DNA of 64,000 nt, from the NCBI GenBank assembly GCA_903813345.2, contig CAIIXF020000001.1:32426001-32490000 (forward strand), written 5' to 3'. Positions 1 through 9,853 of the stretch are shown here, in pieces (position 1 is the stretch's first letter; every line of letters starts with the position of its first letter). The translations under genes were made by a program, and so were the position numbers. Origin of the DNA: Owenia fusiformis. Taxonomy: Eukaryota. Below the pieces are notes generated by a model. It had not been told where the DNA came from. It did not search any database and saw nothing but the letters and a program-made list of their open reading frames with translations.

Positions 1-724
1 GCGTTATGAGTCAATAAGAAAAATGTGAATTGTTTTCAAATTCTTTTGGGGGTGTCAAAGAGGATGAGAGGGTGGAGTGGGGTGGGGTGCCAGTGCAAGG
101 GGTCGTCCCCCAGAAACATTGACCATATCAAGGTGCTATTTGATGATGTCTGGGCAATTTAAAAGTGTCTGAGACAATACATAAAACAAATTCAGAACTT
201 TACCATTGTTTTGTTTGGGGTGTGAGGGGTGGCCCACTCCCCCTAGAAAATTTTACAATTTTACAACGCTATTTGGTGCTTTCTGGGCACTTTTAAAGTG
301 TACGAGTCAATTAAAGAATTTGAGAAAATCACATTTTTCTTGGGGGGGGGGGGGGGCGCCAGAGGGGGGGGGGGGGGCTATGCAAGTGCAAGATGCAAGA
401 GGGGGAGTAAGTCCCCCAGAAACACAAACTATATCAAGGAGCTATTTGATGATATCTGGGCAGTGTCTGAGACAAAACTCTAAAATAAATTTAGAACTTT
501 TCCATTGTTTTGGGGGGTGTGAGGGGTGGCCAATACCCCTAGAAAGTTTTACAATTTTAAGATGCTATTTGGTGCTTTCTGGGTACTTTCAAAGTGTATG
601 AGTCAATGAAAAAAAAATTACAAAAAAAAATTACAAAAAAATTTTTTTTTTTTCAAATTTATTTTGGGGGGGTGACAAAGGGGGTGCGGTCGCACCCATC
701 GCACCCCCCCATCTGACGGCCCTG
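1..724. mobile_element. Non-autonomous DNA transposon (hAT-like MITE), right part, built of ~295-bp tandem subunits; nested in the Polinton
   Basis: Units at ~1-300, ~301-600 and ~601-680 repeat each other (e.g. gagtcaat..aaaa, gtgtctgagacaa, gtgtgaggggtggcc). Ends ggggtgcggtcgcacccatcgcacccccccatctgacggccctg, a CAGGG-type terminus like the MITE at 60084. Left end lies outside the window. Confidence 0.55.
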
Positions 725-785
725 GGCTGATAGTAGTTTCAACGCATTTCTTCCCCGTTCACATTACTATAGACATCACAGGACC

Positions 786-1160
786 ATGAAGCTGGTACCC
801 TATGTAGACATCGCGGAAAAGTGGCACAGGTTAATCAAAGCAGCCAGAGAGAATAGACTGTCGACGCAAGTAGGCTTCGGAAAAAATCGTGCGAGCTACG
901 TACCTGTCAGCGCCATCAAAGAACCCGTTCGGGTGGTATCTCCGATGCAAGCAGTTGTTGACAGAGCTAAAGCCCAAATAGAGCATCAAAAGAAGAAGGT
1001 GGAAGAAAATGATCCCTATCATACTAAGGTGTACAACCTTAAGAAACCGCGTAAAGATGCTGTTGCCAAAGCAGTGTTTAAGAAGAAAAACATTAGAAAA
1101 ACCAGATTGGACTTGTATAGACCACCAGGTATCCCTGCGAGGGGGAGGAAAATGAAATAG
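786..1160 (+). CDS. Small basic Polinton-associated protein (124 aa), possible virion core/DNA-binding protein
   Basis: Intronless ATG-started ORF with a K/R-rich C-terminus, a QVGFG motif and a VSPMQAVVDRAKA helix. AATAAA at ~1200. Convergent with the ATPase gene. Confidence 0.55.
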   Translation: MKLVPYVDIAEKWHRLIKAARENRLSTQVGFGKNRASYVPVSAIKEPVRVVSPMQAVVDRAKAQIEHQKKKVEENDPYHTKVYNLKKPRKDAVAKAVFKKKNIRKTRLDLYRPPGIPARGRKMK

Positions 1161-1460
1161 GACTGATATAATTGTCATTTTTTCTATTTTGAATTAGGCA
1201 ATAAAACAGTGATAAATGTACATTTTTCTAGTTTTGTTATTATAAGAAGCATTCATTATATCATAATAAATAACTTTCTTACATAAAAGGGAGAATTGGC
1301 TTGTAAAATAGCATTGTGGAAGGGAGTGTATATCCAATACATCAGAGGTAGCTCTCTATAATTCTAAAAGAGGGTAGATTAATTTAAGCAAAAACATTTA
1401 TTTATTTATTTACTAATACTCGTACAATGTGTTTCTTTTAGATCCAGTTTGCTGGGTATA

Positions 1461-1901
1461 TCATCGATTGTCCTCATTTCTCTCGCTATCAGATACATCT
1501 TCGCTTGTAGAATGTTTTTCATTATCTGATTGTTGTTGTTGTTCATCACTGGACTCTTCACTTGTAGATTCATCATCAGCGAACAATTCTCCAGCCAAAT
1601 ATGAATATTTGTTCAGTGTTTTCTTGACTGCTCTTGATTGAGTCATGCCTTTCGCCAATAGTGCCTCCACTTCATCCATAATATCACGATGAACTTCACT
1701 GTACCTTAACCCCAGTATATATGACAGAAGCTCTCCATAGTGTTTCAAGAATAGCTGTCTGGCACCAAACACAGATTTCTGTCTGACTCTTTCAACCGCT
1801 TTTTTGGATGACATTCCTCTTTCTTTATACTTCTCGACCAGTTCATCCCAATCATCTTGTAGCTCATCTATGACTTTATCTTTAATTGATTCAAAGTTAC
1901 A
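1461..1901 (-). CDS. Helical/acidic ORF, probably the -1 frameshifted C-terminal continuation of the ATPase gene
   Basis: The 1461-1814 frame stays open up to 1901 (FESIKDKVIDELQDDWDELVEKYKERG-MSSK) and overlaps the end of the ATPase frame. Minus-strand AATAAA signals at ~1397-1410. Confidence 0.6.
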   Translation of the reverse strand, partial: CNFESIKDKVIDELQDDWDELVEKYKERGMSSKKAVERVRQKSVFGARQLFLKHYGELLSYILGLRYSEVHRDIMDEVEALLAKGMTQSRAVKKTLNKYSYLAGELFADDESTSEESSDEQQQQSDNEKHSTSEDVSDSERNEDNR

Positions 1902-3139
1902 TTATCCTTCAATTCTTCAGTATGGAAATCACATCTCATGACATCGTTTTCATCACTTTCCCTCAATTCGGGACAATGCCTTCTGTGTTCCCTCATGTCG
2001 AGTGGTGACAACAGCACTACACCACAATCCGTACAATGAGGGGTAGACATTGTCGTGGCAGGTATGTTAGGTTGATTGTTCATCGTGTAGCCCATACTTG
2101 GATTCATTCTGTTGTACATGGCTTGATTCGCCATAAAGTGCATACTCGGATTCATCTTTGATTCTGGATCGATGGGTGTTGTACTTAAGTTTGATCGGTT
2201 GATATTATCGAATGGTTCTTGATTTAAATTTACGCCTCTACTTATATCTACGCTATTACACGGTATTGTGCTATACATTGGTATTTGGTCCTCTTTGCCG
2301 TGAGAATAAAGTGCCGAAGAGGCGCCTCTGGGTTGTTCAATAGTAGCTGCATCAGCATCGTACAATCTCATATTTTCGGGAGTTTCTTGTTTCAGATCAA
2401 CCAGTAGATGTCCATATGGGTGTTGAGTAGCCTTTTCGTAAGCATTCAATAATTTCTTCGAATTTCCAGGATACATCTGATGGGCTAATACGGCCACCTG
2501 TTGGCGATCCCTAGGATTTTTATACAACACTATGTAGTGGCAGTTTAGGCTCATAGTTCTGCTTTCACGACCATGGTGAAATAGATTCTGCATCAGACAG
2601 ATGACACTCAAATTTCTATGGTGAGAACCCTTAGTGTAGAGCTCAGATATTCGCTTATCTTTAGTCATATCAGCCATTAGATCGTCGAAAATGATTAGAT
2701 TTCTAACATTGACATCCAGGAAACTTTGGTCACCCAATGACTCTGGAATTCCCATGATAAATTCTATATTTGGAAAGCGGGTCTTTATTTCGACGTACAT
2801 GGGCTGCCACTGTCCGAAGCACCAAATTATCCGTTGTGGGGGAGGGGTTATCTTTTTCTCCATATTTTCTATGAGTTCTCTGACATAGGTTGACTTGCCC
2901 GAACCTGTTGGACCAGCCACCATCATCGTAAAGGGATGGTCAAGCATCTTTGTCCTATCACCATTGCATGGGTTAGCTGCCGAGTTTGTCATTGAATAAA
3001 ATCCCCCATGATGCCGTTCGCAAGATGGCGCCATGATACGTTTTTTAGGTCCGTGATCTATTCTCTTATGACGATACATGCTGGTTGCATGACTGAATGT
3101 CTTCCCACACTCGCATGAATAGGAAGAACTATGAGGCAT
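1868..3139 (-). CDS. Polinton/adintovirus DNA-packaging ATPase (FtsK/HerA, A32-like) with N- and C-terminal zinc fingers
   Basis: Walker A GPTGSGKS and Walker B IIFDD. Polinton-type motifs HPFTMMVAG, PPPQRIIWCFGQWQ, TKGSHHRNLS, QNLF, RTMSLN, KNPRD. N-terminal CECGKTF..HKRIDH (C2H2-like) and C-terminal CTDCG..HRRHC. Confidence 0.9.
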   Translation of the reverse strand: MPHSSSYSCECGKTFSHATSMYRHKRIDHGPKKRIMAPSCERHHGGFYSMTNSAANPCNGDRTKMLDHPFTMMVAGPTGSGKSTYVRELIENMEKKITPPPQRIIWCFGQWQPMYVEIKTRFPNIEFIMGIPESLGDQSFLDVNVRNLIIFDDLMADMTKDKRISELYTKGSHHRNLSVICLMQNLFHHGRESRTMSLNCHYIVLYKNPRDRQQVAVLAHQMYPGNSKKLLNAYEKATQHPYGHLLVDLKQETPENMRLYDADAATIEQPRGASSALYSHGKEDQIPMYSTIPCNSVDISRGVNLNQEPFDNINRSNLSTTPIDPESKMNPSMHFMANQAMYNRMNPSMGYTMNNQPNIPATTMSTPHCTDCGVVLLSPLDMREHRRHCPELRESDENDVMRCDFHTEELKDNVTLNQLKIKS

Positions 3140-3253
3140 GTTGACTTCTCTATTACTAAAAGTTAAATGCTAATATTTTCAAAGTATCACTATTAAATAA
3201 TAAATAATGCAAAACATCAATTTGGTGAACATCTCTGAATATGTACCACACAT

Positions 3254-3652
3254 AGTGAACATGCTACTGACCATAAGTGAACATGCTACTGAACATTAGT
3301 GAACATGCTACTGAACATTAGTGAACAATAGTGAACATGCTAGTGAATAATAGTGAACATGCTACTAAACAATAGTGAACGTGCTTCTGAACATTAGCGA
3401 ACATGCTACTGAACAATGGTGAACATGCTACTGAGTAAAAGTGGACAAGCTACTGAACATTAATGAACATGCTACTGAACAATAGTGAACATGCTACTGA
3501 ACAGTAGTAAACATGCTACTAAACAATAGTGAACATGCTACTGAACATAAGTGAACATGGTACTGAACAATGGTGAACACAGTATAGAATAATAGTGGAC
3601 ATGTTACTGAACAATAGTGAACATGCTATTGTACAATAGTGAATATGCTAGT
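3254..3652. repeat. Tandem repeat, ~22-bp unit (agtgaacatgctactgaacaat)
   Basis: About 18 slightly diverged head-to-tail copies with no unique spacers. Confidence 0.95.
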
Positions 3653-3659
3653 TCAAAAT

Positions 3660-4345
3660 TAGAAATAAAATTGAAAATTTTTGAAAGGGTAAAAAGTTTG
3701 CTGTGCAAAAATGAAGTGTTCTGACATCTTATGGTCTTTAGATCGGCTAAAGATGCTGAAATAAGTGAAAATGAAACAATAAAATTGAAAATATTTGCAA
3801 GGGTAAAAATTGTATTATACAAAAATGAGGTGTGTTGACATCGTATAGTCTTTATATGGGTTAAGGATGCTGAAATAAGTGAAAAATGAAAAATAAAATT
3901 GAAAGTTTTTGCGATGGTAAGAAAATTATGATACAATAATGAAGTGTATGGACATCTTATAGTCTTTTTATGGGTTAAGGATGCTGAAATAAATGAAAAA
4001 TATAATTGAAAATCTTTGCAAAGGTAAAATATTTGTTGGACACATATGTAGTGCGCTGACATCATAAAGTCTATATATGGACTAAATATGCTGAAATAAG
4101 TGAAAAATGAAATGTAAAATTGAAAATTATTACAAGGGTAAAAAATTGTTCAAACAAAATGAAGTATTCTTATATCGAAAAATCTGTATTAAATATGAAC
4201 TTAAGATGTTGAAAAAAGTAAAAAATGAAAAACAAAATTGATTTATTTTGCAAGGATAAAAAAAACGGTTTGACAAAGATGAAGTGTTCCGATGTCAAAT
4301 AGTTGAAATAAGTGAAAAATGACAAATAAATTGAATTTTTGCATA
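3660..4345. repeat. Tandem repeat, ~114-bp unit, ~6 diverged copies
   Basis: Recurrent aaattgaaaa..tgcaagggtaaaa..aatgaagtg..gatgctgaaataagtgaaaaatgaaa. Confidence 0.9.
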
Positions 4346-6557
4346 ATCTTACAAAAAACGTAGCACAGGCTATTTATCTAAACCTGTAAACAGCCAGGAT
4401 AGACATTGAGTGGCGTAGGCTGTCGTATTATGTTTATGAGGGTTACTTTGACCTCTGGATTTCCTGTTGTGATGGTATTTCCCGTACAACGCTAAGAAAA
4501 AAAAGACGGATATGTAGTGCATGTAGTGTACATGTAGAACTATCTATATTTTGAATATCTTGCTGTCATTTCCCGTGCCATTTAATGTAGAAATATCCGT
4601 TTCACTTTAGGGATTTCACTGCATTTCACGTAGAAACGCTCACTTTTGCTTGTAGAAGTTTAGTAAGTATCTCCCATTTTGTCGAGACTTAACAACAATA
4701 CATCGTAATGCAGTCATCTGTGAAAGAATTGTCTTGCTTCTTTTTGCCACTTCCTTAAGAATTCTTTATTTTTATAAAATGTCCGATTTTTTTAGAACTT
4801 TATGACACATTGTTGCCCCTTAGTTGTAAGAATATACTTATTTTAATGATATTGTTGTCTGACTAAACTGAGAACTGGGCCCTAAATAGTTACATTTGGG
4901 TAATTAATCTTAAGATATGTGTCAAGAATTATCAAATAGTTCATGTTTTTAGCTGGCTTAAACATCAATAGTTTAGAGAATATATGAGGAATCGAATAAT
5001 CTTCATTTCAAACGATTTGCCTATTCAAAATCAAATCAAAAGTATCCTATTATTTCTTTAAAAATGACAGAAAATTTCGCATGCCTAGCTTTACGACTTT
5101 CCATTGCCTAATTTGGAATGTATAAGGTAAAGTCCATAGATTGTCGGGGCTACGGAAGAATAGGGGTGTAGGAAATCTCGTATTGCATCCAGGTTTGGAG
5201 AATACGATCGAGAAACATTAACATCCAGTAGATCCTATATGACCAGGGGTGTAGGCGTTGGAATTGTGGGGGTGTAAGAAATCTTGTATTTCACCTGACG
5301 TCGGAAAATACGTTCGAGAAACATTGGTAGGATGTTGGTTTGTGACATACAGATTTCTTGCTGTGATGGGGAAACAAAGAACAAATATGTAGTAACAACG
5401 TTTCTATCAATTTCCATATTCATTGTAATGAGTGCCAAACCTCTATTCATTTTGTATTTTATAATCTAGGCTATAAAGTCACTTTTTATAGACTCTGAGG
5501 TAATAGGTAACAGATTAATCATTTGTCATTTGGTTTTATTATCTTATCAATTGTCTCCGAAAGTCAACCGAACGATCGGAGAGTATCAATCATCCACGGA
5601 ACACTGACGTCTTAAAGACGTTTGGATATCGTCTAAACGTTCGAGAATCGTTTAACTTTTATGAAACTGTATCATTCGTATTTGACCAATCAGAGCGTCT
5701 CGTCCGAGAAAATTCACACTGACCTCAGTCCGGAAGTCAAGCGACCAATCAGTCATCCACGGAAGTCAAAGGTTCGGGAAACGTTAGGGAATCCCGTATT
5801 ACGTTGGGGTACGATCGAGAAACGTTGGATCCACAGAGGTTAAACTCTGACGTCACTAAACGTTCGGCAATCGTCTGGGGTCAAAGTTCGTGCCTGATTT
5901 GGTGCCTGATTTGGTGCCTAAAATTGCATTATCATTTACTCGGACTATTACTACTAACGACATCTCTATGTTTCATTATTAAAACATAATGCGAGACCCG
6001 TCGTAAACTGCAAGGTTATCTTTTTTCTAGAATGTATATATTGGTATATAAGACGACCCCTGGACGCTGTACTATCACTGACAAAATACTTGAACTTTGT
6101 ATAGTTTTATTTACCAGTTCGAATTGAACAATTAAAAAGATTAACATCCATGTATCTAAATACTTGTGAATGACCATTTGAAACTGGTGTTGAAAGGAAA
6201 AACTGTTCGCCACTTGTTATAAAGGTCCCTTCCGAGCAAATAGAAATAGTAAAAATGACCTAGTTTTAATAGTTCATACGAACACATTCTTCAAATCTAA
6301 AGGATAAATGGTGGACTCATCGTTTCAATAGCTGCCTACTCTGCGTGCAGAGTCTAGTTATAAACTACGAAGCTCTCTTTTAGAAGCGAAGTCAAACGAA
6401 TCGAATTCAAAGTGTAATAGCTGCCGTAACGAGACCTTATCAATGGATTTTGTAGGCATTTATGGTATGCTGGCAGTGATTGTTCATCTATTAATCGTGT
6501 ATACATCAAATTGGCTGAGTATATTAACACAACCACATTTCCTACTTCTCACTTCAG

Positions 6558-7291
6558 GGAAGATCCAGCTTATGCGAGTATGTCGCTTATTGGAGTCTTT
6601 GAGAATCGTCATGGTGATGCAGTGGAAACATCTGTTCAATGTTGATCCCACGGCAGACCTTCAATTCTTAGTGGGAACGCGGTATGAGTTCTCGGATCAT
6701 CTCCACGATGAAATAGAGTGTGCCCATAAGCCCTTTGAAATGGTTGGATATTATGGACACTGTGGAAGTAGCTCATATGAACATATCACTTCAATCATAA
6801 GCTCACATACCAAGCAAGAGCTTGCAAAGTGTATAGGAAAGGTTGTATACATAGATAAACGCACACGACGCCCTAAAAACCTACCGGCTGGTATTGTCGT
6901 TGCATTGAAACGATTTGCACCAAAGTCTGCACTTATTACAAAGTTTAAGCCATTAGTTTTACCTGAAGATGACGTTTGCATATTCAAGAAGGGATTTGAT
7001 GTATTGCCATCAGATTTGGACTATAACGACCATACAAACCACGCATCATATGCAAAATACTGCTGTGATTTTGCCACACTGGTCGCAGCAAATGGAAAGT
7101 TCAAACATATCCCAAAGGATTTTGAAAGTATGCGTCTCAAAAGTTATTCAAACTGGTTCCTAGGTGAAAGTTTGGTGTCCGACAAACTACACGTACTGTT
7201 TTGGGAAGACCTTGAAAACAAGAGACAAATTAACTTTGAAATAAAAAATCAAGAGGCGTCTATTTTACAATCAACTATGGAACTATACTGA
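6558..7291 (+). CDS. Double hot-dog acyl-ACP/acyl-CoA thioesterase-like protein, terminal coding exon, copy 1
   Basis: Acceptor cttctcacttcAG at 6556-6557, phase 1 (G|GG). Motifs GHCGSSS, VYIDKRTRRPKNLP, PSDLDYNDHTNHASY, FLGES. AATAAA at 7301. Confidence 0.85.
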
Positions 7292-7667
7292 GGGTACATC
7301 AATAAAAGAATATTGAACATAAAGATGCTGTACTCGTTGGTGCCCAGGGATTGTAACCTCTATGTTGATTTCATTACAAATAATTTAAAAAATGAACTCA
7401 TGTCTATTTAACACTTGATCCAAATGTGTGAAAACTATACACACTGATCAGATACGAACCTGCGATTGCCTTTCATTTAATTTGATCTATGACATACAAT
7501 CGAACGGTCACATTTTCTATAATATTAGCTGTGTACCCTGCTGTTAAGGGCAATGATAACTGCAGGACTCAGAACACCATCATGATAAACCATGACATCT
7601 TATTTCTTCTCAGTCTTGAAAAGAGAGCTTCGTCTTCATAGTTTATACCTAGACTCTGCGCGCAGTT

Positions 7668-7740
7668 ACTTGGGGTGGAGTTGACTAAGGGTTGGGTTGA
7701 CCTTGGGTTGAGTTGACTTGGGGTTGTGTTGACCAGTTAC
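7668..7740. repeat. Isolated terminus of the 15-bp-subrepeat DNA transposon family also found at 10757-11577
   Basis: (ggggttgagttgactt)n ending gttgaccagttac; reverse complement of the array at 10757-10905. Confidence 0.7.
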
Positions 7741-8690
7741 TTTCACTGGTCATTGTTTTTTAAATTAGACTACAGAAAATAACTAGTGGCATGGTAGTCA
7801 TCTCTACCGGGAATTTTAAAATGGATATTTTTGTTCAGTATAGATCAAGATTGATAATCATTGCTTGAGATTTTATTTTGTCTTTTGAATAAATAATAAT
7901 GATGGTATGCCTGCAATTAATATGATAACATACCTACCTGATACCTTCATCAAATATGAAATTGATTTAATTGGATTCTAGACTTTTACATTTACTGGAT
8001 TGTCATGTATTAAACGAAATATATAAAGTCATTGGACATATCTGTACACAACCCAAGAGGAGAGAATTGCAAAAACAGTGCTGATATAAAATAATAAAGG
8101 TTGCGTTTTCAAACTAAACAGAGTGCTCCTACCAAAATGAATTTGCCTACATACCCCTGAGACTCTTATCTGATAGATAGAATGCACACATAAAACAAAC
8201 GTTTTTGCTCTTATAGGTAAAAAGTTCTCTTAAAATTTCGAAGTGATTTTACCTGCTAAAGGGGCAAAAAGGACTGTAGAGAAAATAGGAAATTTTTTTT
8301 TATTTTTTCTGAGCTATCAAGGCAACATTTGGTTTAACATCTTCTTTGACATACCTACTTTCTTAAAATGTATGGACAAATTATCAATTTCAGCATTAAG
8401 AAGTTCAAATTCAGTTCAAAGCTTCAAAAAGGGGACTTCCACTTTTATATTTTTAAGATCCACCATGTTTCAAGAAGAATATCAGCTAAAATAATGTTTA
8501 TCTAGGGGGTTTCTTTGTAGATAATAAAAATAGATGTTAGTCTTGATGAAATATCCAAACTTAAATATATTTTGACACTGGTCCATGATCGTTGAATGAC
8601 CCCTCTGCACTAATTATTTCACCTTTAATTCTGTCATTGGTCCGCCATTTTTCCGGAAGTTATACTGAAACGCAAACTCCATGAAACGAA

Positions 8691-9142
8691 GGCCAAACTG
8701 CCCTAATTCACGTCACCATACTAGTCAATGGGTAAAAGGGCAAACGCCTGACTTTTTATCTCGAGTTATGGATTTATGTGGCCTCACTGGCCTATCTGAG
8801 GTTCTAAAGCTATGTCTAAGCTACATTTTGACACTAAACTCAATTGGGGCCAAACATCTACTTTTTGAAATAATTGGTCAATTGTGACACTACCCCCTCT
8901 CTCTGCCGACAGAAAGTGAATTTCACAAAAATCGAGGCAAAATTAATACGCCACTTGACTCGAAATTTTCCTTCAGATAACCCAAATAAACGCATTTTCA
9001 GAAGAAATGGCATGTTGTCAGTGCAAAAAGACGACAACTGTACCTATATACTAGCTTACTGCTGACTCGTCATGATCACAATTGTGTTGGGACTACATTC
9101 ATTTTTTAAACTACGGAAGTGACGTATTGGGGCAGTTTGGCC
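8691..9142. mobile_element. MITE with ~25-bp TIRs (GGCCAAACTGCCC...) and 3-bp TSD gaa
   Basis: ggccaaactgccctaattcacgtcac versus gtgacgtattggggcagtttggcc; gaa on both flanks. Confidence 0.75.
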
Positions 9143-9853
9143 GAAATGAAATCATTAGAAAAACCATGGCACACATTGTGCACATGTGCAGTAAAGTTTA
9201 AACCAATCAGATTATTTATTTTGCGCACATGAATTATTTGCTTCTGAGCACTTACCATAAAAGCTAACCACAATAAACAAACCTGACAGAGACTACCCTT
9301 ATTTCATTTTAGCAAAACTTCAGCTCAAATTCGTGACAAATGCATTATGCATACGCTGGTATGAAGCCTTGGAAACACTCATTTTGGTAAATATGATTTA
9401 CGGTGTATACTTTTTTGCAGTTTGTGGTAGTTTGGGACATTAAATGTTAAAATTCAAGAAAATATGCCACTTATACGACTTATCAATTAATTTGTATCAG
9501 CATTGTAATCAATAAACATTCTAATAATTTTATAAAAGACCAAAATAAATTTCATTGTATAGTTATATTCTAGAAATAGATATATTGCATTCAATGTCAT
9601 AATCAGTAACACATCTTAGATTGTGAGTAAAGTTTGGCTCTTAGAGACATGGTGCGAACACTATTCTAAGCTTTTATAACAATAATTTTATTACCATAAT
9701 TGGTATGCAAATATAAAAGCATTTTTTCTCTCAATGCTTCATCAATAGACTAGATGCGAGTAGAAATAATCTTGACTTACGTCATTAAATATTCAAATAT
9801 ATAATATATAATATTATATAACTATATATTTATAACTTATATAATTATATAAC

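Larger units (their letters stand above)
725..5955. mobile_element. Polinton/Maverick (adintovirus-like) element, right-hand portion
   Basis: Contains a Polinton-type packaging ATPase and a small Polinton-like basic ORF. Ends ...actattactact (5944-5955), whose reverse complement AGTAGTAATAGT matches the AG/AGT-repeat termini of Polintons. Region 5100-5955 has internal repeats (ggaaatctcgtatt..tacgatcgagaaac at ~5171, ~5277, ~5787). Confidence 0.75.

Noticed and set aside
3254..3652. CRISPR-like array
   Set aside because: Head-to-tail 22-bp units with no unique spacers, no cas genes, eukaryotic context.
3604..4065. 153-aa repetitive ORF
   Set aside because: Translation of the 114-bp tandem repeat.
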